Assembly: GCF_964355755.1 (NCBI RefSeq)
Contig: NC_092672.1
Coordinates: forward strand, 7,440,001-7,504,000
Origin: Antedon mediterranea
Taxonomy: Eukaryota > Animalia > Echinodermata
Length of the DNA: 64,000 nucleotides
Reading direction: 5' to 3'
The stretch's first letter is position 1. Each line of letters opens with the position of its first letter. Below, piece after piece: positions 51,168 through 63,478 of the stretch. Under the pieces are notes generated by a model, which was given only the letters and a program-made list of their open reading frames with translations, was not told the origin of the DNA and did no database searches. Position numbers and translations under genes: made by a program.

Positions 51168-52619
51168 ATTTATGGGAAAAATGATACCGCCCTCTATACC
51201 AACCCCCTCTACCGGCGACAGAACTATGTTTGTGTGTTTTCACTGGGTGGAGTTCAATTTTCGCATTTGCTTCTTTTTAATGTTCCCAAATTTGTTATTT
51301 TGTCAGGTAAATGATCAAGAAATTGGAATTTTCACTATCTAGGCCTAGTATATACCTGTAAACTTCATTCTTTATAATGATAATATTAGATGATGAAATA
51401 TATAATCGAACAGGTATAAAATAGTGTTAATAATGATGGAGTGTGAGTGTGCCCAGCCTGGCCCCACAGCTAGTCTTAAGTTTTAGTACTAACTAGGCCT
51501 AGCCTCTAGGTAGGCCTATGATGCCTGGTAGTAGGCCTAGGCTATAGGCTAAAGCCTAGTAGTAGGCCAACCAACCAGACAGGGCCTATAGGGGTAGGCC
51601 TAGCGGATTTCCGGCCTAGCTAGGCCTACTACAGTAGGCCTAGGCGGCTAGTGTATAACTAGCTAAGTAGAGAGAGGGCCTAGAGTGGTAGTAGTAGTAG
51701 TAGGCCTATTATGCTCATGCTAAAACTAGGTTATATAGCTTATGATGAAGCTAAGCCTTACACTTATTTACAGTCAGTAGTATTACTAAACTTAAAAGTG
51801 CTAGCCTAGGACCTAATAAACTTAAAAATTAAACTAGATTTAATTCGTCACTATGACGAATTATAGGTTATATGCATTGATTTAAATAAAGATAATTGAT
51901 TTTTAAAAGATATTTTGATTGATTGATTTTCTCAGATTCTTTAATTATTTATAATATATGATAGGACCTTGCTAACGCGAATACAATAGCCGGTATCACA
52001 ATCCGATCAAAGATCCCTCTGCGTATAATGTCATAAACCACATTTGTTGTTACATAATAATAAAGACATAAGTTACTTTTTATCTAGATTTCATTATAAA
52101 TCATGTGTATAATATATACACTAAGAAATAAATTTGAACAAACAATACGGATAATAAAAAAAAAATCTTATTTCGTTTCCCAAGGTGAGACTCGATCTCG
52201 GTACCTTGAGTGCCATAGACACGAGCACAGAACACTGAGCCATACACAACTGACTAAAAGTTGTAGAAAAATTCCTCCGTGTATTTACTATGCAGTAACC
52301 ACTTTGGTGCAGACAGATTATTACATACCGCAATGAATTATAATTTTTTACTATGATGACATCTCTAAAAATGTACAATAATGATGCACTGTCAAACTAT
52401 ACACTTTTAACTTTAATATATGAACTTTTGAAGGAAGAAAGTTAATGTTAAGTTTGTTATTTTGGCCTAAGAAAATGTCATAATTTGTTTGATTGTCGAA
52501 ATGATTTTTTTAAAATTTAATATGCAATTAATTATGGCTTAATCAACTTTTGTTCCCTTAGTTTAATAATAAATCATACATAAGATACATACACTTCAAG
52601 AAAATGAAATAAAAAATAT

Positions 52620-53300
52620 GTGTTCCCGAGCATTCTGACGATCTATATTAATTTTAAAATTTAGCATATTTTCACCATTTTGTTAACTTACACGTGTGTA
52701 GCCTGTCACTTTTGACGTGCTCGTATAAGGCAATTTCGCGTTGAAAAGTGAATAAAATATGATGATATTATTAAAGAAAGGTTTTACAACCGAAATCGGA
52801 CAAAAAGAGTGTGCATTAACGTATAACGCGCAGTGCGCGTGCAAAAATCTGCCCACTCATGGCAATTTTTTTAAACGCCTAAAATTGCCTGAAACCTACT
52901 CTAATTTCATCGAAAATTAATTTTGAAAATTTTAAGCGCGCGTACGCATGCGTTATATGCGCTACGCACGTAATTATATTGCCATATGATGAAATATGAC
53001 CTGAAATTTATGGGTACCAAATTTTGTTTAAAAGTGATTCATGATTGTGAAGATATGATTACAAACGTGATTTTGTTAAATCGCATAATTTTTGATTGCG
53101 CACCATGAAAACATAACCACATCGATTCCTGGCCATAAGGAATAAACTCTGAAAAATTGACCTAGGTAGATGAAACTGATATCAAGATAATTGACAGACA
53201 AAATAGTGCTAAGGAAAGAATAAATAAAGGAATAAATAATAAAGATTCTGACAGAATCAAGAGGTTATAATAATATGCATGATAATGCATATAACCTAAT
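52620..53300. mobile_element. HINE-like element sharing about 480 bp of internal sequence with 30386-30867
   Basis: ACACGTG.GTAGCCTGTCACTTT...GATATCAAGATAA is collinear with the earlier copy. It has a different terminal hairpin (GGTTATA..TGCAT..ATGCATATAACC) and (AATA)n instead of (GACA)n. Confidence 0.6.
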
Positions 53301-53380
53301 AATATTAAAAGCACTGTTTTGCAATTATTTTTTGTTTGTATTCATAAACAGAGACCATAACTTATAACAATAAAACAACG

Positions 53381-56300
53381 ATGCCAGCTCTTTTAAGACC
53401 TAAACTGAGTAAGGCGATGTCAGATGCCCTACGACACCATATACTTAAAGAGAGAGAAAGAAAAAGACAAGGTTAGTCTACAGTATTAAGCCAAGGAAGC
53501 TATTTTCGAAATATAATAGTAATCAGTAAAACCATACCAAAAAGACAATTTCAGAACCAAATAAAGTGTCCCTTTAATGGAGATATAAATGATGGAAAAT
53601 TATCCTCTAGCCTTCTAAATCTATATTAATTAATTAAAGAGTCATTCTTTGTCAAAATAGTAGTAGCAACTACTAGATTATACAAATATATTACAGCCTA
53701 TACATTATGTGTAGCATCATGTATAGGTACAGTTTTTTAAATATTATTTTTTGTTAATAATAATTTTGTTTAGTCACATATTAATTATATATGTGTTTGT
53801 ATTCTTTGTAGAAGAAGAAGAAGCTGACAAAGCAATTGAAAGAAAAAAGGAAGAAAAAGAGAGGTTACGCAAGAAAGCTGAGGATGAAACCCTATCACTT
53901 GAACAAACCAAAGTCCAGGTGTGGAAAGTGGCATATTGTTTTATTTCTTTAGACAAAAATATTCACACAGGAATACAATCTTTAAAGAGGGTAACCCTTC
54001 CATCCAGTTTAGCCCAGCAGTGGGTATCTTTCTAAATACACTAGTGTTTTGCATTGATACAAAACTTTTATTTGTTCAGATTTATAAACAATCAACTTTA
54101 CTTTTTAATTCCCTGTAATTGAACTATATGTTAGAAAAGCAAAAACAAGTTTTAAACTTTTTTTTTCAGCCACGATTATGCGTCACACATTTAGGTCACA
54201 TTCAGGTCATACATGTTCATAAGATGGGTATTTGGCAATTATAATAATTTTTTTTTTCTTGATTTTGTCTATTTAAAAGGTGAAACATTTAGAAGATAAA
54301 TTGCAGACTTTACAACGAGAAAAGCATGAACTATTTTTACAATTAAAGAAAGTTATCAATGAAGATGACAACAGGAGAAAGCAAAGAGAAAAGGAGAAAA
54401 GGTAATTAATTAGGATTTTAGTTAACTTTGTGCTCCAACTTAATATGTATTGTAATTTATTATGATGTTTTTTATTAATTGTGATATGGATGAATTGTTT
54501 CATATAAAATTGTTGTGAGATGTGATGTGAGATTTCACTTCAAATGTTTTGCACGTATACATGTCATGGTTTAGGTACGTTGAATGTACCTCAGCTTCTA
54601 ACTCATAAAGAAAACTAAATTGTTGTGATGTGAGATGTGATGTGAGATTTCACTTCAAATGTTTTGCACGTATACATGTCATGGTTTAGGTACGTTGAAT
54701 GTACCTCAGCTTCTAACTCATAAAGAAAACTAAATTGTTGTGATGTGAGATGTGATGTGAGATTTCACTTCAAATGTTTTGCACGTATACATGTCATGGT
54801 TTAGGTATGTTGAATGTACCTCAGCTTCTAACTCATAAAGAAAACTAAATTGTTGTGATGTGAGATTTCACTTCAAATGTTTTGAACGTATACATGTCAT
54901 GGTTTAGGTACCTTGAATGTACCTCAGCTTCTATAACTAATAAAGAAAACTAAATTGATTGTACACACATTTTGGTGGAGTTATGAAATAAAGATGGGAT
55001 AATGTTGTTTGTATGCATTCTATTGGTATATAGAAAAATATGTAAACATATAAAGGTAGATTTATTGAAGAAAATGGGTTTGACAAATTAATATAAAAAA
55101 TGATATTTACTATCTGTATTCTATATTATATCCATAGCAATATTTTACATGCAATGAACCACCATCAATATCTGCCTGCTATGCGTATAGGAGGAGGACC
55201 ACATCTTATTGTGCAAGGTAAAGTTCAAATTAACTATAAACTTGTATATTATTCATTCTGTACCTCATATTTTTGGATCAGTATATATCATCACTACCAT
55301 GTTTAAACAGTAATGAACTATAGTTATTTTCAGACAGCCTTACATCTGAGGTAAAGTTACATCAAACATCAATTATACATGCATGTTACTTTGGATGGGC
55401 GTCCACACAATGCTTAATACTGGCGGAGTAAATTGTCTTTAGTAAATTTAAATTAACTTAATACAAAGAGTGTCTTCACAGGCACTACCAGAGGGCTAAA
55501 TCTCAGCCTAAGAGTGTCTTCACAGGCACTACCAGAGGACTAAATCTCAGCCTAAGAGTGTCTTCACAGGCACTACCAGAGGGCTAAATCTCAGCCTAAG
55601 AGTGTCTTCATAGGCACTACCAGAGGGCTAAATCTCAGCCTAAGAGTGTCTTCACAGGCACTACCAGAGGGCTAAATCTCAGCCTACACTTTCAAAGTTT
55701 ATGTGACAAAAATATATATGGACACGATGATGTCATATGACTACCACGTTGAGCATACCTGTATGACTACCATATTTGGGCACATCACCCTTTTTTATCA
55801 AATTAGGTCAAATTGATAGTGTAGACAGAGCTTTACAACAAACAAACTGCTTTCTTCTGACTGATATCTGTCACCTTTTCATCACTATTGCATTGTCAAA
55901 ACCAATTTTGCACTTTTGTAAAATGCTGAAAATTGTATTTTGTTGTTATGATAGGTATCAACCGTCCTGCACTGTTGGGTGATTCACCAAAGTTTAGACA
56001 ACAACAGACTTCACCATCTCATGTAAGTTTACTTTACAATGTCACTTTTTGTTAAAATTTAAGACTTATTTAATGTGTTACTATGTACACGGCAAAAGCC
56101 TTGTAAATCAATCATGAGGTAGCTCTTCTACTATTGGTTGGATCCTTTAGATGATGACAAACTTTTGGAATTATAACTGATGGGCAAACTAAGGGCTAAT
56201 TACAATTATTCAGGGCTGCAAATTAAGGGGTATTTGGTCGCATTTGCGACCTAATTTTTCTGTTTGCGACTAAAGAAACAGAATAGGATCAGATCGTCTG

Positions 56301-59300
56301 CTTGTGCGAGTTGTTTCAAATTGAAGTTAGGTGTGTTTTCCCTATTTCAAACACTGTGTTGTAATTTAATCTCTCTACTACGGAAGGCTCAGGAGTTTCC
56401 ACTAGTCACCGCCGCCGCAAAGGAGTTAGGTTCATTCAAGCGTACAAAGCCCCTAAACATTTTACACTCGTTGTGATTGGAAGTTCGTCCATTTATTGCA
56501 TGCTGCCTTACCCAATCACACAAAAGGACACCAAACACACAGCACCGTGTGACGCGCGGACGACACAAACCTCGTGGAAAATCACCTCCGTTTTAAAGAA
56601 GGAATATAAAAAAACAATTGTACCGCCGTACACAGAAGTTAGCCAGGGCGGGCGCGGCAGATACAAAGGATTGTCGCCGCGCAGCCATCAGCATTTTTAG
56701 GCAGTATAATATATATAATAATATCTATTCATTATATAGATTAAACAGCAGTATTATTTATCGGTAGATTTAATACTTTATTCCAGATTCTGATTATCGA
56801 AAATTATATATCAGAGAAAATACCGCAACTTTCCTACAAAGTAGCTTCGTAGATAAAACAGGCTACGTTGTTGGCTTTGTAGGTTACATTGTTTGGCTTC
56901 GTTAGTAACCTCAATAAACAACCTCACGATGTTCTTAGTAAGTAACAAGGTGTGAAAATTATTATTTGATGTGTTAATTTTGACTGGCGGAGGAGGACCA
57001 ATTTGTACATTACTAAGAAATATATAATATAATATTTTTTATTCGTAGATGTTTCATTCGTGTGTTTTTTTACTCTCAGCGGCGAATATAAATTTCCCAC
57101 AATGTAAACGTAGAGACACGATCCAACACAATGAACTATGCCAACTAATAAAAATAATATAGCGAACGTCCAGTCGATCCAAAAACATATGCAAACAAAA
57201 ATATCGTAAAAAATTCATTCTAAATATAGTATCAGAACAGGGAGTTGTAAAATAAGACTCCCTGATCAGAACGTTCAATCGGTCGCTCAAAAAGACTGCC
57301 GACAGAAGACCGTAATTAATACAGACCTAGTTTTTTGGTCACATGTCATGAAATGCGATACTCTGTGTTTTACCACCGCAAACCTCTCGCGTGGCTACAA
57401 AACAGAGTACAGTACTTGTACCTGAATTTTGCGTCACATGAAACGTAATACAGCTCTAAACTGTTCCCACGATTCGCACGTTTTTCCCCTCCAAATTCTG
57501 GTCGGGCCTTTTATCGTAATATAATAATTTACAAAGGCCTATGTTAAATCTTAACATGGAATATATATTTATTTTGCATATATTTTGTTGGTGTCCTAGC
57601 CAAGGTGTTGTTGTTTTTATAATTCGCTAAAAACCAAGGTAGGGTTGAATGGCCGGATTGAATCATGTAGGCCGCCGAAACTCTCTCTGCGTGAGTTGAG
57701 GGCCTCGGGTCCGATGTCGTCTCGTCGGCGGATGTCCTGCCAAATTAGGACAACCGATGTGTAGGGCGGCTACAAAAATTAACGTCTTCTAGGATTTTAA
57801 TTAGCCAACAATACATGTTTGTTTCCATTGTTCATGCTCCTATTAAAGGCGATGACATTGGTGTATCGACGCATAGATATTATCATAAACAACAATACAT
57901 CGTAGGCAACGAACAGTACTTTGTAAATTGCAGGATACGTTTAGAGAACAATGACCTACGATCTATTTACGCGTAAGCTACGAAAGGTTACATACAAACC
58001 AGTAATTTCTTTCTGTACCGTAAAAAGAATAGATCTTGCGTGAATATAAGTGGCGCATCAGAACCAGTGCCTAAAATGTGCATAACCCAATTTATGAGCT
58101 CAGAAATCGATTGAAACAACCTATAATTACTTAAAAATCCCCCCCCCCCCGCGCTGGGGGGGGGGGGGGGGCTCTCATTTTTATACACTCCCCCCCCCCC
58201 CCCCCCCCAACTACTAAAAACGGATCTGTGCGGAATTGGGTTTGAGGGAAAGGGGTTAGTTATCGATGAAAAGGTGCTACTAAAAAAATTGGTGGTGCTA
58301 CCAAAAATTATTATGAGCCATCATACAAATTTGATAGTGCTACCAAGTAAAAAAGTTAATTTGCAGCCCTGTTATTGTCTTTTTATTTTATATACAGACT
58401 ATCAAAAGAAACAGAAGCCCTTCTCCTCCACTGGTTCAACTTTACCCACCTCACCCTCACACACAGGGTCACTACAGCCAACAAGTTACTTCTACTTATG
58501 CCAATGCTCAAGTTAGCCATTCCCCATACAGACAAGGTTAGTGATGATGTATTTTTTTTAAGCTGCCCCATCCCAGCATTTTATATATTGTATGTTTTTT
58601 TTTTTTTTTTTTAACATTTTGATTACGGTATAAAACATGGACATCAAACAGTCTGAAGGCTGAAAACTTTGAAATTACAAAAATATACTTAAGATAAAAA
58701 AATAAAGACTATATTATATTTGTGCTGATATTATTCTGATTGATTAAGAAACATTCACTCACAAACGTATGAGCATGCATAGAGTGACTGTTAGACTCAA
58801 TAGCTTGTAGTTGCATAGTAATATTGTGAAAAGAAAAGGTTGCTATAACATCACTGTTGACATTCTGTCAATCTGCAAAGAAACCTACAACATGCCTTTT
58901 ACATATGCGACAAGCTAAGGGAAACACTTACTCTTAAATAAAGAAAAATATCCTATCTAAGTACAATATTAAAATAAAATACAATTTAAGGGAAATTACT
59001 TAAATATTTATTAAGTGAAATACTTGATTTTTAAGGGAAATATAATAATTGTAATTGTTGAATATGGTCACTGATTCCTAATAACATTTGTGTGTTTTGT
59101 TCTTGTAGCTCACAGTACAACTCCAGGTTCTTACAATAATCAACAACATGGTAGCTACGCACAGCCTCACAGCAACTACACTGCCACCACTCAGTCTAGC
59201 ACCAAATACCAGTCTAGAGACCCAGCATATGCTAACTTTAATCACAGTCATTACGTCCAACAGCAGAAAGAACTTGGTGCTCAATTCTCACAAGGTGGCT

Positions 59301-62055
59301 ACATACATCAAACACATCAACCAAGTAAGTTATTTTATGTTAAATATGGCCTCACTATTTTTCCTTAAGAAATTATGACTAATAGTATGATATTCGGGAA
59401 GGTGTTTTTAGTGGTAAAAACAAATTTGATACCTTTTCAAGAAAAATCTTGTTTTGGGAGAGTTTCCAATTTTCAAAGAGTCTTGTATTGGGAGAGTTTA
59501 CTGTATAATATAAGTATTGCTAATTAAGTTTTCTAAATTGATTGTGTTTGAATTCAATTTAAAACAATTGTGGCAAACCAAAAATAAATTGTAATCATTG
59601 CTCGTCATACAACCACAATAAGATTTATGAAAACCAATCATTTCATCATCTATTTACTTAATACATTTCTTGTTTTAAAGGATATCTCCAAGCTGGCTCA
59701 ACACATACAGGAGAACCACCCAGTAAGCAACCAGCTTACAGTGATGAACAGTCTCACTACTCTACAGCCAAGGCACAGCAGGCTAAGGTATTATAGTGTC
59801 TTTTGTTTTGGCTCAAAAAGATACTTAAATACAATGCAATACAATGGAAAAAACAGGGTTTCTAAAAATGTAACCTAATCATTTTTATAGAAGATCTCAT
59901 ATTGCACTGTTTGGTGATAAAACAGAATATAAAATGTGTACAAAATGTAGTTAAAATACAAATTATAAAAATATATTTATACACAAATTGGTAATAGAAA
60001 TAATAATTTTAGATATATTATTAAAATATGTTTAATATAATATATACTATTTATTTTTGCAGGCCCATCAACAGCATGTGCGACCTGTCATGCAAAGTCA
60101 CACACAAGCCTTACATCAACAACAAGTACTGTTGTCACAGCAACAACAAAAGGTATGAAAACATTGCTGCATATAGATAGGAAGGAAAGAAAATGTTTAA
60201 TAGGACATGAATTGTTTATTTTTTTACAAGAATGAATTTTCTTCCCTAAATCTGTAAAATGCGCTTTTTATTCTTACCATGTTATACTGTTATGTGTTAT
60301 ATTACATAGCCTATGTAAATACGCGAACGTGATTGGTTGAAACTGCATCACATGACTACCGCTGCGAGGATCGTAAATCGTATATATCCTCGAGAACGAT
60401 GATATTGACTGTGTAATTTTCGCGTAATTATCGTGTCTCCTGTCATTAAACATATAGATTCTCGAGTACGATGATATTGACTGTGTAATTTTCGTGTACC
60501 AACACTCGCGTTGCCGATAAATAAACAAAAGTCATCTACTCGATCTTGAACTCGGGTGGAATTGTCACTCCATCGCAAGACAACGCTCCAACCGCTGCGC
60601 CATGTAGCTTGCTTGAAGAAATTAATCATCTAAACTATTTAAACTATGCATACATAGCGCCCTCATTTGTTATTAGTCCACCCTAAATGTGATGAAACAC
60701 CGTTTGTGATTGGTCAATACTCACGGTAGTAACTTAGCAACTAGTACGCGCTGAACATCCGGTGATTCGGCTCCTCGAAGATCGAGAAGAAGACGAATTG
60801 TTTATTCGGCCTAGGCTTACCTGATTATAATATTATTATTTTTAATAGGCTTATTGATGGAAATTCTTCTGTTAATTTCAACGACCTAGGCCTAAGTGAA
60901 TATTTTATTGCCAAGGAATCATTAATTAGTAATTATCTGTATATTATTCTTCGCAAGGTAAGGTGTCTAGGCAGGCTTGTTTAAATACAATACAAATACT
61001 ATAGGAAGGAGGCCTAGCCTAGCTTCACCCAACCCAGCAGACTTGTTGTTGGCTATATAATATAACAGATATTGCCTTTTATATCGGTTAAATATAAGAT
61101 TTGACATCCCCTCGGGAATGATATTAAGTTCTCGGGGAATATATATTTCCCTCAGCTGGCGCTTCGGGAAATATATATTCCCTCGAACTTAATATCATTC
61201 CCTCGGGGATGTCAAATCTTATATTTAACCTCTAAGCAGTCAATATCTGTATAATATTATACTGTGTCTTTATTTTCAAGTATACCGATGTAATATATAT
61301 CATGTGGCTACTGATGAGGATAATGGTAAACCTGTATATGATTGCCCTAATCAGCTTCTTCAAAAACTTTTGAATCAAAATCAAGTAATGTTTTCAAAGT
61401 CAAACCTCCTCAATTTTTGTATTTCTAGGCTGGAGTAATTCAAGGTTATCCAGCAAGAAGGAAGCAGCAAGAATCACCGGTCTATGCCCACAAGAAACCG
61501 CAGTCACAACATCAACAACAGCAGCAGCAGCAACAGCATCATCAGCAGCAGCAGCAACAACAGCAGCAACAGCAGCATCCCATGACTTCCAAAGTAATTA
61601 TGATTTTATCTCATCTTTTACATTATTACATGTAAAGTTGTAGACAGTATATATGCTTATATGCATGATATGTATAATCAAATAAACACCTCATAGATTT
61701 AAAAATATTCAACACAATTAATATTGAAGAAGTGATAATTTAAAACACAATAAAAATGAAAATACTTGGTCAATGAATTCTACTATAAATAAGAATGTGT
61801 TATAATACTGTGTATATATGCCTGGAAAAAAAAAGAAAAATGTTTAATGTGTCTAATTTGCAAAGAGACCAATCTGGTTTCTTTGGTCTTATAGTATGTT
61901 TTTAATTTTCGTATTGATGTTTTTCTCTTCTGGAATTTTGTTTTGCATTATATTACCAGTATGAAAAATATATCTATATCATTATAATTTTACAGAGTGG
62001 ATATCAGCCAACACAGGCAATGAGACATGCCTATCAAGACAGACAATACTACTAG
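53381..62055 (+). CDS. GPS2: G protein pathway suppressor 2 (NCoR/HDAC3 complex subunit), about 414 aa, 11 coding exons
   Basis: Exons 53381-53471, 53812-53918, 54280-54401, 55138-55217, 55955-56022, 58398-58536, 59109-59324, 59681-59787, 60063-60152, 61429-61593 and 61996-62055 give a 1245-nt open frame. The N-terminus MPALLRPKLSKAMSDALRHHILKERERKRQEEEEADK...SLEQTK..LEDKL..LQREKHELFLQLKKV matches GPS2. The C-terminal exons are low-complexity and less certain. AATAAA at 62422. Confidence 0.9.
54508..54957. repeat. Tandem repeat, 115-bp unit x4 (last spacing 103 bp)
   Basis: CAAATGTTTTG recurs at 54541, 54656, 54771 and 54874. Confidence 0.9.
55466..55685. repeat. Minisatellite, 44-bp unit x5
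   Basis: AAGAGTGTCTTCACAGGCACTACCAGAGGGCTAAATCTCAGCCT repeated head-to-tail with single-base variants and no spacers. Confidence 0.95.
56211..58371. mobile_element. Non-autonomous hAT5-like element (16-bp perfect TIR, 5-bp TSD)
   Basis: CAGGGCTGCAAATTAA / TTAATTTGCAGCCCTG, with TTATT at 56206-56210 and 58372-58376. Confidence 0.8.
60295..61257. mobile_element. Crypton-like non-autonomous element ending in a palindrome of about 210 bp (61042-61253)
   Basis: Long inverted repeat GGTTAAATATAAGATTTGACATCCCC...GGGGATGTCAAATCTTATATTTAACC centred on CCCTCAGCTGGCGCTTCGGG. No TSD was seen. The family call is from recalled terminal style. Confidence 0.45.
61501..61577 (+). repeat. CAG/CAA/CAT codon tract (polyQ/H) in GPS2 exon 10
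   Basis: Encodes QSQHQQQQQQQQHHQQQQQQQQQQQH. Confidence 0.9.
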
Positions 62056-62597
62056 CCTCCACGATTGAAGCAAAGTTTCTTGGCCTACTGTTTATATGCC
62101 TCAACTGATGGTTGGAGTAGGCTCTCTGCACATTAAGGTCTCCAGCCCTGGTTCCTTTCCTACAATATTGACTACCAATGACATACTTTTTCAATCATTG
62201 AAGAAAATGTTAACAGTTTATGTTAACATTTTGAGGAATTGCAGATTTTGTTTGGTAGATGTATTTACTGTATATTGAATGTACTCTATATTCTATTGCT
62301 TTAATTTGTAATGCTGAGAGCTGTCGTCGTGTTGATGTTTCTAGCAATTGTTTATATCCTAATAGGCTTGCATGCTTGTTACTCGACAGTATAGCTATTT
62401 TGTAACTAGCAACAAACGATTAATAAATGAATAAAAAACAAACACAAAACTGGATTGATTTTTTAGTTTTAATATCTTTTTAAATAATTTTAATTATTTG
62501 TGAAGAAACAGCTTGAAACAAAGGAATTTTTTTTTTAAAAGTTTTATGTTTTTATATGATTTTATGTACAATGTACGAGCATATTTTGAGTCACATA

Positions 62598-63478
62598 TTT
62601 CATTAGCTTCTTTGTACAGCAAAAGCATTGCATAATTCTGAGAAGGATAATTCACTATTATTATGTTACCTTCATTATGTTGTTATTTTTAACTCCATCT
62701 TTATTGTTTTCATCATAAATTATTTTATGGTATACTATTCAAAATTTTTTCCGACATCATAATAAATAATGCAATTTCTTTCCTCATTATCATAATTTCC
62801 ATTCGTTATTGTCACAATCCTATTTTCGAATCCCTATCACCGTTTTAGTAAATTATTTTATTTTAATCGCCAGCACAGTTCTTCGAGGTACAAAAACATA
62901 TTCGGCATCTGCCACTAACCAACACGTACACACTGGCGCATCCCGAATACATATTTTTTAGAGGCCGATGGAAACCATTTTGTAAAACGGCACATTCAAA
63001 ACGGATCGGCGCTTTTGTCGATAGGCCTACATATTTTATTTTTCATTAGCTTCTTTGTACAGCAAAAGCATTGCATAATTCTGAGAAGGATAATTCACTA
63101 TTATTATGTTACCTTCATTATGTTGTTATTTTTAACTCCATCTTTATTGTTTTCATCATAAATTATTTTATGGTATACTATTCAAAATTTTTTCCGACAT
63201 CATAATAAATAATGCAATTTCTTTCCTCATTATCATAATTTCCATTCGTTATTGTCACAATCCTATTTTCGAATCCCTATCACCGTTTTAGTAAATTATT
63301 TTATTTTAATCGCCAGCACAGTTCTTCGAGGTACAAAAACATATTCGGCATCTGCCACTAACCAACACGTACACACTGGCGCATCCCGAATACATATTTT
63401 TTAGAGGCCGATGGAAACCATTTTGTAAAACGGCACATTCAAAACGGATCGGCGCTTTTGTCGATAGGCCTACATATT
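62598..63478. repeat. Direct tandem duplication, 443-bp period
   Basis: 62598-63035 is repeated at 63041-63478, apparently identical by eye, with ACATATT microhomology at the junctions. Confidence 0.92.

Noticed and set aside
52175-52250. tRNA-like sequence on the - strand
   Set aside because: A and B boxes are degenerate and the stems do not close; probably a repeat remnant.
55466-55685. Possible CRISPR array
   Set aside because: The 44-bp units are contiguous with no unique spacers, sit in a eukaryotic intron, and have no cas genes nearby.
58138-58208. Poly-C/poly-G tracts as a functional G-quadruplex locus
   Set aside because: Such tracts are usual subterminal features of the hAT-like MITEs here, and homopolymer lengths are unreliable.
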